Shown here one piece after another: positions 13,201 through 28,438 of a stretch of DNA of 64,000 bases. Source of the DNA: Eledone cirrhosa (Eukaryota); the NCBI GenBank assembly GCA_964016885.1, contig OZ024740.1:324508001-324572000 (forward strand), given 5' to 3'. Below the pieces are notes generated by a model. It worked only from the letters and a program-made list of their open reading frames with translations. It had not been told where the DNA came from and made no database searches. Both the position numbers and the translations under genes were made by a program. The number at the start of each line of letters is the position of its first letter. Within the stretch, counting starts at the first letter, position 1.

Positions 13201-14466
13201 TAATAACTAGAAATTGATTAAAATATATATAAACATGAATAATCACAGGAGATAATGTTTACAAGTGTGTAACCACACATAGCTAGGTAGGTAACTAAAT
13301 AAAGTTGACTAGAACTTCAAAAATAGATACCTTATAATATGATTAACCTTCCCTGCATATAATCCATTAAAGAAATATATTTCACCAATTAATCAGATGG
13401 TAAACCACGGAAGTGGAAATTTTGGATTTTCAACAAGGAAGAAAATTTTCCTGCTTTCCGTGCTTACACTTCAAGTTCAAATCTGCAACTGGCTACTACC
13501 ATGTGTTGCATTTATTATAAACAAGTACACACGCCACACCAGCTTCGTCCCAGTGGCGTGAATAGGGTCATCGACAACTAGAAACAGCATTCGAGTCCTT
13601 TCAACAGAGTTAGCTCTACAATTAAGGAGCCGTATTTATATATCTATATCCAAAATTAAGATAAATTAAATGAATTTAATCTAAATGAAAATTATGGGTG
13701 TCATGCCGGAAAAGCATGCGCCATATCACCCGGAAAATAAGCTCTAAGATTCTAACAAGCAGGTCCGAGCATTTTATAATAACTTGAAATTGATTAACAT
13801 ATATATAAACATGAATAATCACAGGAGATAATTTTTACAAGTGTGTAACCACACATAGCTAGGTAGGTAACTATAAAAAGTTGACTAGAACTTCAAAAAT
13901 AGATACCTTATAATATGATTAACCTTCCCTGTATATATTCGACCAATTAAATATATTTCACCAATTAATTTTGGAAAGTTGTCAATGACCCTATTCACGC
14001 CACTGGGACGAAGCTGGTGTGGCGTGTGTACTTGTTTATAATAAATGCAACACATGGTAGTAGCCAGTTGCAGATTTGAACTTGAAGTGTAAGCACGGAA
14101 AGCAGGAAAATTTTCTTCCTTGTTGAAAATCCAAAATCTCCACTTCCGTGATTTACCATCTGATTAATTGGTGAAATATATTTAATTGGTCGAATATATG
14201 CAGGGAAGGTTAATCATATTATAAGGTATCTATTTTTGAAGTTCTAGTCAACTTTATTTAGTTACCTACCTAGCTATATGTGGTTACACACTTGTAAAAA
14301 TTATCTCCTGTGATTATTCATGTTTATATATATGTTAATCACTTTCTAGTTATTATAAAATGCTCGGACCTACTTGTTAGAATCTTAGAGGTTATTTTCC
14401 GGGTGATATGGCGCATGACACCCATAATTTTGATTTAGATTAAATTCATTTAAATTATCTTAATTT

Positions 14467-14468
<2 letters not shown>
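13201..14468. mobile_element. Partial-tandem (unit ~576 bp) plus inverted repeat element with PLE-like architecture
   Basis: 13201 repeated at 13777; 13977-14468 is the reverse complement running across the unit junction; degenerate hammerhead-like ccat CTGATTA attggt GAAA tata T at 14155-14190. Confidence 0.75.
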
Positions 14469-14522
<54 letters not shown>

Positions 14523-14633
14523 CCCTATGATAGTTGTGTTAAGTGGAATGTTTCGTGATATTTAAGGCAAAGATATTAAGCCGAACCAAAAAACAGCTGC
14601 AATATTTTTTGCCATAACTCCTAGAAATAACAA

Positions 14634-14741
<108 letters not shown>

Positions 14742-14745
14742 ACAC

Positions 14746-14776
<31 letters not shown>

Positions 14777-15172
14777 TATACACACATGTACTTACACACA
14801 CACGCACATACACACACATACTTATGTGCGTATGTATGTATGTACGTATATATGTCTGTATCTATGTCTGTATGCATGTATGTATGAATGTATGGATGTA
14901 TGTATGCACGTATGTTTGTATGTATATATATGTATATGTATGTGTATATGTATGTATGTATGTATGAATGTATGCTTACATGTATATATATATGTATGCA
15001 TATCAATGTGTATGTATGTATGCATGTATGTATGTATGTATGTATGTATGTATGTATGTATGTATGTATGTATGTAGGTAGGTATGAGTGTATATATGTA
15101 TATGTACGTTTATATGTATTTGTGTAGTGAATATGCATGAGTGTATATGTATGAGCTAAGATGTGAGGGAGT

Positions 15173-15360
15173 GTTAGCAGGCATTATTATCGGTAGAGAG
15201 TCTGACGCCATGCTTTCCAGCATAGTTACGTCCCTTTACGGTCTGAGTTCAAATCCCGCCGAGGTTAACTTTGCCTTTCATCCTTACGGAGTCGATAAAA
15301 TAAAGTACCAGTAATCTACTGGGTATTTGATGGCCTTGTGCCTAAAGTAGAAACAATTAT
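15173..15360 (+). mobile_element. tRNA-derived CORE-type SINE
   Basis: Same A/B box, core and tail as the other copies. Confidence 0.85.
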
Positions 15361-15452
15361 TTAAAAAAATGACTGTTAAAAAAATGAAATAAAAATGAAA
15401 TATTAAATTAAAATAAGCCGTTATTAGGCCAGTATGTTTATATATGAGTGTA

Positions 15453-15493
<41 letters not shown>

Positions 15494-15701
15494 GTGTGTT
15501 CGCGCGTGTGTGTGTGTAAATGTGTTTAAAATGTGTGTCTGTGTATGAAAATTACTATGTCCGTGTCCATGTACGTCCTTGCTCATTTCTGTATATATAT
15601 GTGTAAGCATGTAAGTATGTATATATGTATGTATGTATTTATGTATGTATGTATATATATATATATGTATGTATATATATATATATATGTATGTATATTA
15701 T

Positions 15702-16304
15702 GTCAGGTCACCAGTTGGTGCTACTGGTAACATGTATCCCAGTACAACCTGTCTCATGGTCGGGTCATTGGCGACTAAACTGGCAACCCCACCAAGGTTT
15801 CTTGGTGAGGAGGGTGACTTTGGACATCCTGCAGGACTAAAAACAAAACCTGTCAAAGGGCAAAGGAGCTCTTAAGAGTCAATGGCCATCCAAAATTACT
15901 GGGAGAGATGGCCCCTTAGCATTTTTCAAGGCAGAATTCTAGGAGAAGGAAAACTCTGATATAACACCTGCAACCCTGATGGTATCCAATGATGTTGACT
16001 TGTTCTTCTTTTTGGTAAATATCATCTTGGTTAAGAGAGTGGGACTGGCTTTGTGCAGTGCCTTTGCTCACTATAAAAGCTTCACGGCACAGGCATTGCT
16101 TTATATCTGGAGATCTCTCTGCACTTGTCGTCACATGGGCCCAGCACTATGTGTCAATAATTGTCACAAGTGTAGTGTTTGTACCAGAGTTTTCAACTTG
16201 CTGGCTGGACTAAAAAGTCACACTCGTTCAGCCCATCGGTAGGGGTTCTCCTACATGGATATAAAGTAGTGGCCGTACTCGAAAATGAGTTGGCAGCCAC
16301 CATG
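15702..16304 (+). mobile_element. ~600-bp non-autonomous RTE-like element, full copy
   Basis: High identity to 10644-11250; TATG-rich flanks. Confidence 0.8.
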
Positions 16305-16477
16305 CCTTTATGTATTTATTAATGTATGTATCTATGCATGTATGTATTTATGTACATATGTATGTATGGATGAATGTGTTTGTACATATGTATACATGTA
16401 TGCATTTATGTATGTATGGATGTATCTATGTACTTATGTACACGTGTATGTATATATGTGTACAGTACAAGTGAGTG

Positions 16478-16524
<47 letters not shown>

Positions 16525-16526
<2 letters not shown>

Positions 16527-16680
16527 AGAAGATCCCGTTAAGGGTGAAAGCAGCGATTCTTTGCTTAAACTTTAATCTGTTGTTTTAATAAATATTTGCT
16601 CTACGGTTCTTATATATTTGATATATACTTATCCTTATCGAGCCCTCTTTGGATTTTAGTCTTCAAATTTATTATTATTA
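16525..16680. repeat. Short (TA)n-embedded interspersed repeat (inverted copy at 30795-30938, diverged copy at 4600-4697)
   Basis: agggtgaaagcagcgattctttgcttaaactttaatctg.. is the reverse complement of 30810-30938. Confidence 0.75.
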
Positions 16681-16705
16681 CTATGTATATATATATATAT
16701 ATATT

Positions 16706-16804
<99 letters not shown>

Positions 16805-16984
16805 GCATACGTGTATGTGTTTCTGTACAATATGAGTTGAGTATATGTGTAGCTATGTGTATGTGTGTATGTGTTTGCGTGTGTTAATTAATGTATAAAC
16901 CAGCTGCCTGTTCATGAAAGAGTGAAAGATCTTACATTATAGGAAAGCCTCTCCTTGCTTTCATGTACACACACACACACATAA

Positions 16985-17015
<31 letters not shown>

Positions 17016-17077
17016 CACACACACGCGCACATACATATAAACACATATACACAAGACGCACGTGCTCTCTCACATAG

Positions 17078-17114
<37 letters not shown>

Positions 17115-17409
17115 CCCTCCTCAAGTATAATAATATATATAAATATATATATGTGTGTGTGTGTGTGTACATATATATACATATATATATACACACATTC
17201 ATACGTACATATACATGCATACATACATGCATACATGCATTCATGCATACATATATATCCACACACACAAATACACATACACGCACACACGCACATACAC
17301 ACACACATATATATATATATACACACACACACACAAGCATAAATGGAGGGAGAGGCAATACATTTAAAAACAAAATTTACTCCATACACAGTGTTTCATC
17401 TAAAGCATA

Positions 17410-17597
17410 TTTGTTTCTACTTTAGGCACAGAGCCAGCAATTACACAGTGCATTACTGGTACTTTATTTTATCAACCCCGTAAGGATGAAAAGCAAAGTA
17501 AACCTCGGCGGGATTTGAACTCAGACCGTAAAGGGACGTAACTATGCTGGAAAGCATGGCGTCCGACTCTCTACCGATGCTGCCAATCCACCACCGC
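17410..17597 (-). mobile_element. tRNA-derived CORE-type SINE with 14-bp TSD
   Basis: TSD tcatctaaagcata at 17396-17409 and 17598-17611. Confidence 0.9.
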
Positions 17598-17730
17598 TCA
17601 TCTAAAGCATAATATGAATATAACAGGTCCCTCTCTATCTCTATATATATGCGTATAATTACATATTATTATATAGAATAATATAATATTTATTATATAG
17701 GAAAAAATATTATTATATAGAAAAAAATAG

Positions 17731-17925
17731 GGTGGATTGTCAGTATCGGTAGAGGGTCGGACGCCATGCTTTGCAGCATAGTGTCCCCCCCCCCACCTTT
17801 ATGATCTGAGTTCAAATCCTGCCTAGGTTAACTTTGCCTTTCATCCTTACAGGGCTCGATAAAATAAAGTACCAGTAATGTACTGGTTTAATTACTGACC
17901 TTGTGCCAATAATAGAAAATATTAT
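17731..17925 (+). mobile_element. tRNA-derived CORE-type SINE
   Basis: ggtggattgtcagtatcggtagag..gagttcaaatcc..gataaaataaagtaccag. Confidence 0.85.
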
Positions 17926-18095
17926 AAAGAATATGTTCTTAGAATCTTCGCTTCGGCTATAGTCATCTAATATATTATATCATAGTTCTTTCTCTTCTTC
18001 TCTTATGATATATGTTTTTTCTACATTATATATATACATATACATATGTATACATATATCTACATATATTTATACATATATATACATACATACAT

Positions 18096-18136
<41 letters not shown>

Positions 18137-18193
18137 TATGTGTGTGGGTGGTTGTGTTGGTGTGGGTGGGTGTGTATGTATGTGTGTGTGTGT

Positions 18194-18504
<311 letters not shown>

Positions 18505-18507
<3 letters not shown>

Positions 18508-19025
18508 TAGAAGAAACATTTAATTTGTTGGAAATACAACAAATATAAATGTTTATAACTGATTCAGGGCACTCGACAGATTTCCGGAGTAAATATACAA
18601 TGATATTAAATAAATGGAAACTATATTTATAAAACCATATTTATTCTATTATATATATTTCAAGAGTACCAAAAACTTTGGTACGCTTTCATTAGATAAA
18701 ATACAAAGTGTGTTTTATAAATTTTGTAAATTTTGACATAGCCAAGGAAACATACTTTATCAGTTGAAATTATCCAAGGAAAATTCAACTGATAAGGTAT
18801 GTTTCCTTGGCTATGTCAAAATTTGCAAAATTTATAAAACACACTTTGTTTTTTATATAGATAGAGAGGGACCTGTTATATTCATATTATGCTTTAGATG
18901 AAACAAAAAACACACTTTGTTTTTTATCTAATGAAAGCGTACCAAATTTTTTGGTACCCTTGAAATATATATAATAGAAAAAATATGGTTTTATAAATAT
19001 AGTTTCCATTTATTAATATCATTGT
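18505..19025. mobile_element. Family A fold-back element; both arms carry a CTAATGA hammerhead variant
   Basis: Arms 18597-18770 and 18782-19025 are inverted; ribozyme motifs at 18641-18703 (-) and 18921-18980 (+). Confidence 0.85.
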
Positions 19026-19026
19026 A

Positions 19027-19058
<32 letters not shown>

Positions 19059-19764
19059 ACGAAGGAAATGTGGCAAGGAACCAGGTGGACCATAACGCAC
19101 CAAAGTACTCAATACTTAGGGTAGTAGAGTGGGTAATAGGAACGTTTCGACGGCTAATTCTGGACTAAATGAACATTTTTATCCTGGTATATGAATAGCC
19201 GAGCTTCTCAGGGGGTAATTCCATATATGGTAAAATTAATTTTCACAAGGATTGGTCAAAAGTTTGTAGTTGAGACACATAATTGTATCATGGCAATTTG
19301 TGGAAGGAAGGATAGCTGAACCTGCCTAAGGGTGCCGCTACGATACAAAAATTCTAGTGCAAACTACATAAATGCTCGTACGAAGTATATGAAAAATTTG
19401 ATACGGAAAATTAATTCAGAATCCCCCCCCCCTCCTCCTCTCCCCCCCCCCAATACTGATATACGAGAAATTAAAGGAAAGATACCACTAAGAAATGTAG
19501 AAAGCACGGAAAGGGGCAGCCATCGGACAAGAAAGCAAGTATCCGGGGTCTATCACATCTGCTATAAAAAGCGGAGACGCCCAATTCTATCATAGAATAG
19601 GGGAACGGGGTGGGGTTACTGAGGCTACAAAGGACCAAGGAGCTGCCTCGGGTGGGCGAGAAAGTGAAAAGTGAAAAGGACGACGACAAAGAAAGAGGAC
19701 TGGGGTGGAAGGACTAGGAAGGGATGGGGGAAGAAGGAAATATAGAGGAAGCGATAAAAAGTAG

Positions 19765-20388
19765 GTGACAACTCCTATCGGGAAAATCTTCTTTAGGCTC
19801 ATCGAAAAACACTTCCCACTACAACACCGCTACCACAACAGAATTAACAAAAATACCATCAAACTCTCCTACAGCACCACACCAAACTTTGCACAAAACA
19901 TCGTCTCCTCTAACAACAAAAAACTCAACCCCTATGGAAGAAATAACCTAAATAGCAGTGGAGAGCCGACCAGGAGGTGCAACTGTTCTGATGGATCCAT
20001 TTGCCCCCTCGACAACAGATGCAGAGATCGTAATGTGATCTACCAGTGCAACGTGAGGACGGACACCTCCAACAAAGCTTATATAGGATTAACCGCATGT
20101 GACTTCAAGACCCGGCTATACCAACACAGACATACCTTCCGAAACCCGGCCCGGCGTCACGCCACCACACTTTCGGGCCACATCTGGGACCTCAAGGATA
20201 ACAATATTACCTATGATCTCACTTGGAGCTTACTGTCCAGAGCCAACTCTTACACGGGAGGACGCCGCCCGTGCAATTTATGCTCGGAGGAAACTTTACA
20301 AATGTTGTTTTCGACGGACCAACTCCTAAACAAGAAAGACGAACTGGTAACTGCATGCAAACACAGATTGCGTAGGATTCTGAATTAA
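19765..20388 (+). CDS. PLE ORF C-terminus: thumb/linker, Cys-rich motif and GIY-YIG endonuclease (5'-truncated)
   Basis: IGKIFFRLIEKHFP..NTIKLSYS..CNCSDGSICPLDNRC..NVIYQC..AYIGLT..FKTRLYQH..TLSGHIW..CNLCSEE..LLNKKDEL..CKH; resembles Nematis/Neptune-type C-terminal endonuclease (clade assignment from memory). Confidence 0.88.
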   Translation: MTTPIGKIFFRLIEKHFPLQHRYHNRINKNTIKLSYSTTPNFAQNIVSSNNKKLNPYGRNNLNSSGEPTRRCNCSDGSICPLDNRCRDRNVIYQCNVRTDTSNKAYIGLTACDFKTRLYQHRHTFRNPARRHATTLSGHIWDLKDNNITYDLTWSLLSRANSYTGGRRPCNLCSEETLQMLFSTDQLLNKKDELVTACKHRLRRILN

Positions 20389-21098
20389 TTTTCCGTATCA
20401 AATTTTTCATATAATTCGTACGAGCATTTATGTAGTTTGGACTATAATTTTTGTATCGTAGCGGCACCCTTAGAGATAGTATTAGTATTCTTTTTCGGGA
20501 TTCTGAATTATTATTTCGTATTAGTTTATTTTTTGCACTGGGTGGTTGCTGGCTTTGTGCCTAGGGTAGAAACAATTATTTCGTATTAGTCTCGGGACTC
20601 TGAATTATTATTTCGTGGTAGTTTCTTTAGTATTTTGGCCCCCCACTTGTTGACTCGTCACCGTAAGATATACTCGGTTGATTACTACTAACTCTTAAAA
20701 GGGTCTCATTATAATTCCATCCCACCTAGTAAACTTTTCTATAGTTTAGCAGTACCAGTGAGAGACTTGATGACTGTCGTTAGGGAATAGTAACCAGAAA
20801 TTGTTTTTTTATACCTTTAACATTCTCGGTATTCTTCTATATATTTACCCCATATTGTTTTACTTGTTGTTTCTACTTCCTCCTCCTCCCCCTCCCTAGT
20901 ATACTTGCTTGACCTCCTGCCCTGCTGTAGTTGGCACTATCACGCACGACTGGGTTTCCTCCACCCTCTCTCCCTCTTTCTTCTACTGGCAGGTTCAGCT
21001 ACCCCTTCCCTCCACAAATTGCCATGATAGAATTATGTGTCTTAACAACAAACTTTTGACCAATCCTTGTGACAATCACTTTTACCATATATGGAATT

Positions 21099-21195
21099 AC
21101 CCCCTGAGAAGTTCGGCTATTCATATACCAGGATAAAAATGTTCATTTAGTCCAGAATTAGCCATCGAAACAGCTTGAGCTCAGCCGTCGGGGTC
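21099..21195 (+). ncRNA. Hammerhead-like motif in PLE pseudo-LTR with long stem II
   Basis: acccc CTGAGAA g..cggcta ttc..gaat tagcc atc GAAA cagc ttgagctca gccg TC ggggt. Confidence 0.65.
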
Positions 21196-21204
21196 CTACT
21201 CGTT

Positions 21205-21363
<159 letters not shown>

Positions 21364-22074
21364 GCATACATACACTCAAACACATGTATTGGAAGTTGTT
21401 TGTCTGTGTGCGTCAGTATGTGTGTATGTCTGTGTGTGAGTATGTGTACTACATACACGCAACAGAATACATATACAAGCGTATATATGATTTCATGTTT
21501 TTATATTTTACACCATTAATATGTCCTACACTCCACCCCATTCATTGCCTTTCAGTTTTTTGTTTCTCTCCCTGTTACCCCCTCTCTCTTTCTCTGTTTC
21601 TCTCTCTCTCTCGCTCTCTCTGTTCATCTCTCTCTCTCTGTTTCTGTTTCTCTCTTTCTCCCTCACCCCTCACGTCTCTCCCTTTGTCTGTCTCTCTGTC
21701 CGCGTCTCTTTCTTTCTCTCTATATTTCCCTCCCTCTCTCCCCACCCTCTCTCTCCTTCTGTTTCCATCCTCTCCATCCTCTCTCTGTGTTTACTCCCTC
21801 CCACTTTCATCCTCTCTCTTGTTTTTCCTTGCCGATGTTTCTCATTCAACCCCTTCTCTTCTTCCATAGACACCTACGTATCTCGTTGGTAACTAGTAGA
21901 GACCAAATATCCCCTTTATAGTACCACACTTCCTATTTTTATATCTATCTATCCATCTTCATCGGTTCCATAGTGGTTTTCCCCTGCAAACCTGGATTGG
22001 GCTATCCATCTATATCTCTCTCACTCTCTCTATCTGTCAATTTATCTCTCTTTCATTCGCTATCTCTTTTCTCT

Positions 22075-22198
<124 letters not shown>

Positions 22199-22670
22199 TA
22201 ATTCAAAATATAATAAATATAGACATTCAACGTAATCAAAATATATTTTATTATATATATTTCGGAGGTACTGTGCTGTTTTTTCAGTACGTCCTCATCA
22301 GATAAAATATATAAATTGATGTATGACATACCTCAACTGTGCTGATGGTTAAACTCCAGTCTTGGCAGTGATTAGTTATGACAAAATTGTTGTAATTAAT
22401 CACTGCCAAGACTGGAATTGAACCATCAGCACAGTTGAGGGATGTCATACATCAATTCATATATTTTATCTGATGAGGACGTACTGAAAAAACAACACAG
22501 TACCTCCGAAATATATATAATAAAATATATTTTGATTACGTTGAATGTCTATATTTATTAATATTTTGAATTAATATTAATAACTCCAGAAAACTTTAAC
22601 TGTTGAGTGCTTCTAATCTATTGTAAAACTATATTCATTGATTAATCAATGAACCTTGTTTAACATTTGG

Positions 22671-22672
<2 letters not shown>
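22199..22672 (+). mobile_element. Family A fold-back element with two intact hammerheads (22242-22311 -, 22460-22529 +)
   Basis: ~180-bp inverted arms; atattttat CTGATGA ggacgtactg aaaaaacaaca cagtacctcc GAAA tatata TA ataaaatat. Confidence 0.9.
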
Positions 22673-22731
<59 letters not shown>

Positions 22732-22754
22732 TACATATATATATACATACACAC

Positions 22755-22822
<68 letters not shown>

Positions 22823-23044
22823 ATGGTGAGAGAAAAGTGATAGATTGATACATACGCATACACGCACATGCACACTAACATATATAGACATATATACATA
22901 TGTGTGTGTACGTTTATAAGGAAGCATTTTTTGTATGTACGTAAGTACGTATGGAGTTATGTATGTATCTATGTATGTATATACGCACTATGTATGTTTG
23001 CATGTATGCATGTATGTATATACGAATATACAATGTATGCAACA

Positions 23045-23134
<90 letters not shown>

Positions 23135-23417
23135 GCTCTATATGTCTGTATATATGTCTCTACTTTTCTATGTTGTCATACATACCATTTATTTGTCAGT
23201 CCTTTTTCTCTCCCATTTTTCTTAATCTTTAAAATCAAGGTGTGTACGCCGCCCCAACAAACCTTTAACATTCAATAAAAAAGACACTCTACTTAAGAGA
23301 AAAAAAATTGTTATTTTTTATTTAAATATAACTTGACCTAGTTGAAAATATATACTACTCAATTCACACACATGCATACAGCTTTTTTGTGTGCCTGTGT
23401 ATGTATGCTTGTGTTTA

Positions 23418-23486
<69 letters not shown>

Positions 23487-23596
23487 GTGTGTGTATGTGT
23501 GTGCATGTGTATGTGTGTGTGTGACAAGCGTTAAACTAATATACCATATATTGCATTGAATTGTTCTACTCTGTTGTTCTTTGTTGACATTTCTTG

Positions 23597-23649
<53 letters not shown>

Positions 23650-23761
23650 AGATATAGATATATACACACAAACGCACACACACATATGTGTGGGTGTGTG
23701 TCTATGTCTGTGCCTATGTATGTGTGCTGTGGGAGAATATTCATATACAAGTCTATTTGTT

Positions 23762-23826
<65 letters not shown>

Positions 23827-24525
23827 GCACATATTTATATATGTGTACATGTATATATATATATGTATGTATCTATCTATATATATACGTATACTGTAGT
23901 TGTTATGCTGGGTATAAATACATTTACACATACTGACATATACACCCCACACACACACACAGACGCAAACCTAAAGACAAATTAGATAAAGATATGTTAA
24001 AACGGGAAAATCTGTTTAAAAATGTGCTAAAATGGAAACCAGAAGATATTTTTAAATATGCAATTTTAGGTTACGAAAATAATTTAAACACATTTGAATC
24101 TTTTTTATGTCTCCTCTGTTATTATATTTGAAATAAAAATTAATTACATTAACTCAAACCCAATCTCTTTTGCATCTGTAAGCATAGCTCTGTGGTTACA
24201 GATTTAACTTGGCGGCCATTTTGTGTTGAGTTCATTCCCGCAGCGCGGCACCTTGGACAAATTCATTCTACTATAGTTTCTGGTTGATTGTCACCTTATC
24301 AGTGAAATTTGGCAGACAGAATGTGTATAGCCAGTATCTGAGAGATATGAGGTTCAATTCCACATAGCGGGCTGTGGAAATTTTTTTTCCGTCTTTATGT
24401 GTCTTCACCCTATTTTCTAAGCTATATTCTCCACTCTATCTTATAAGAACATCATCGTATACATTCATTCTATATTCTCCCTGCTTCAAAGTCTAATCTC
24501 GACTACATATATTGTCTCTGTGGGT

Positions 24526-24623
<98 letters not shown>

Positions 24624-26330
24624 ATATCTCCTCGTAATTTAGTGGTTCAGCACAAGCAAAAATCGATAAAATAAGTAACAGACTTGAAATAAATATATAT
24701 TAGGATCAATGTGATCAACTAAATCAAGGCCGTGCCCAAGCATGACCGCAGTTCGATGACAGAAACCAGTAAGAGAATAAAAGAATATCGATTTCGACTA
24801 TGAATATTCCAGTTGTTTTAACAACTAACAGAGCTACCTACTTTCAAAGCGCGTCTCCATCACCATCTTCCGGGCAAATGCCTTCTCTATTCTGTCCGCC
24901 GGGGCCGTAAGGCGGCCAGCGCATAGGGCCCCATTTACCTTCAATAGTGAGAGATAGAGAGAACGGGAGAGACGGAGGCAGTGACAGTGGGAGTTTGATT
25001 CTTTCGAGTTCGGACCTGGTGTATATATGTGTATATAAGAGAGGATAATACTGTAATTAAGAGTTCTACAGACAGGTATACCCTTTACGTAAATCTCAGT
25101 TAGAAACAATGTGATAATGTTTGATAATTATAGTCGCAGTCTGTTCGATAGTCTTCCACATAGTTTCTGGATGGTAAACGTGATGTTAACACCGTGCCAT
25201 GCTTTATTCACCCGCTTTCATTTATCACTTACGCATCGTAACTTATAGTCAACTATGACTTCCTAATACAGATGTCCCAACTAAATATCTTGTTATACTG
25301 GCTCACCTAACTTGGATGGAGCACTTGTAGTACATAAAAAGTAGTACTAAAGTAAGGATTAAAGAAATAAAAAAAAATAAACACGTGGAGTCTGAGATAG
25401 GGAGGGAATATGTTTAATTTGAGGAGAGAGAGATAGGAGAGAGAGAGACAGAGAGAGAGAGAGGGGGAGAGAGATGTGGAAAGATAAGATCGATATGTTT
25501 ATGGGCGTTACATTAGATCGACATATTATAGAAACAATTAACACTGACGGGTTGTTCACGTTTTCCTGTCTCGAGTGGTTATATGGTTGTATCGTTGATT
25601 TTATTAAACTATATTATAGTCGATATGCGTCGTAGTAGTATTGAAAAAAGCAAAACATGCTCTTAAATTTCAACCTCGCTACATGTTCCTTAAATCCTCC
25701 ATTGTTTACATTATCACTCTCTCCCTCGACTCCATCTCTCTACTTATATACATACACAAACTCACACATGCACACACACATACACACATACATACACACA
25801 GACACACACACAAACAGACACGTATATATGGTGACATGTTTTTGGTTGTTGGTTTTTTTTTTTACTGACTTCCGTTTCCGGTGGTATCACGTAGACCATT
25901 GTATTATCGATGCAGAATAAAATCAAATTATTTTTTTCTTTAGTCATTAATTCTTACATTAATTACAGTATTTTCTCTTTACTTCACAATGGAGAATAAA
26001 ATGGATCTATCTCTCTCTCTATATCTCTATCTCTCTACCTATCTATCTATCTATCTATCTGTTTGTCTATTTGTATGTCTGTCTATCTGTCTATCTATCT
26101 ATTTGTCTATCTATCTGTCTCTCTATCTATTTATCTAACATTCTATCAATCTGTTGATCTTTCTCTCATCCTCTCTCATATATATAATGTATGTGTGTTT
26201 GTATATATGTGTATACATACGTGTGCCTATGTATGTATACAAATACACGTATATGCCTGTATGTTTACATATATAAACATATTTATACGCGTATGTGTGT
26301 ATGCATAAATATTTACAGGTATATACATGG

Positions 26331-27385
<1,055 letters not shown>

Positions 27386-27446
27386 TACACAGAGATAAAC
27401 AGCAATACAATAGACACAGTGCAAGGGAAGAGGAGCGCTACCAGCT

Positions 27447-27727
27447 CCACTACCACAACTACCGTCACCACCACTACTACTTATAACAACACTACCACAA
27501 CCACCGTCACCACCAATACTACTTACAACAACACTACCACAACCACCGTCACCACCACTACTACTTATAACAACACTACCACAACCACCATCACCACCAA
27601 TACTACTTACAACAACACTACCACAACCACCGTCACCACCAATACTACTTACAACAACACTACCACAACCACCGTCACCACCAATACTACTTACAACAAC
27701 ACTACCACAACCACCGTCACCACCAAC
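27447..27727. repeat. 42-bp minisatellite (accacaaccaccgtcaccaccaatactacttacaacaacact)
   Basis: About 6.5 tandem copies seen directly. Confidence 0.9.
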
Positions 27728-28227
27728 AACAAAAACCAACAGTAACCACTATAACAGTCGTATTTTTCATCAACATATTTCTTTAATAACACCAGTATTA
27801 TTTCTAAATCTTAAAGTCTGAATGAGGCTTATGATATAACAATATTAAGTTGTTGCTTTAATGCATGCCTTTAACGCTTATCCTGCTCAAATCATTACGA
27901 CCTTATGACAATGAGTTCAACACTCACACACTTTCTCCGCCACTCTTACAACAAGTGCTGTTAGTGTTTCAATTTCTAGACTGAGACTGAACTCTTTACT
28001 TCATATTGCATCAATCCCCTCAGCATAAGCCAAAAAATAATGCAACAGGAACTGGAAAATAACCTATGAAATAGGCATGTATTCGGACTAGAGGCGGTGG
28101 TGAAATCATTTCCTGATAAATACTGGGAACCCTGTCATTAAAATACCCGAGACAGTTTCTAAGATACCATCGTGTAGGATGCCACATAAACAAATATATG
28201 TAAATAACATTTTATTTATGTATAACG

Positions 28228-28418
28228 GGCGGTGGATTGGCAGTATCGGTAGAGGGTCGGACGCCATGCTTTGCAGTACAGTTACGTCCCTTTACGGTCT
28301 GAGTTCAAATCCCGCCGAGGTTAACTTTGCCTTTCATCCTTACGGGGTCGATAAAATAAAGTACCAGTAATACACTGAGATAATTGCTGGCCTTGTGCCA
28401 AAAGTAGAAACAATTATA
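28228..28418 (+). mobile_element. tRNA-derived CORE-type SINE, near-consensus copy
   Basis: ggcggtggattggcagtatcggtagag..gagttcaaatcccgccgagg..ggccttgtgccaaaagtagaaacaattat. Confidence 0.9.
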
Positions 28419-28438
28419 TTTATATATATATGTATATA

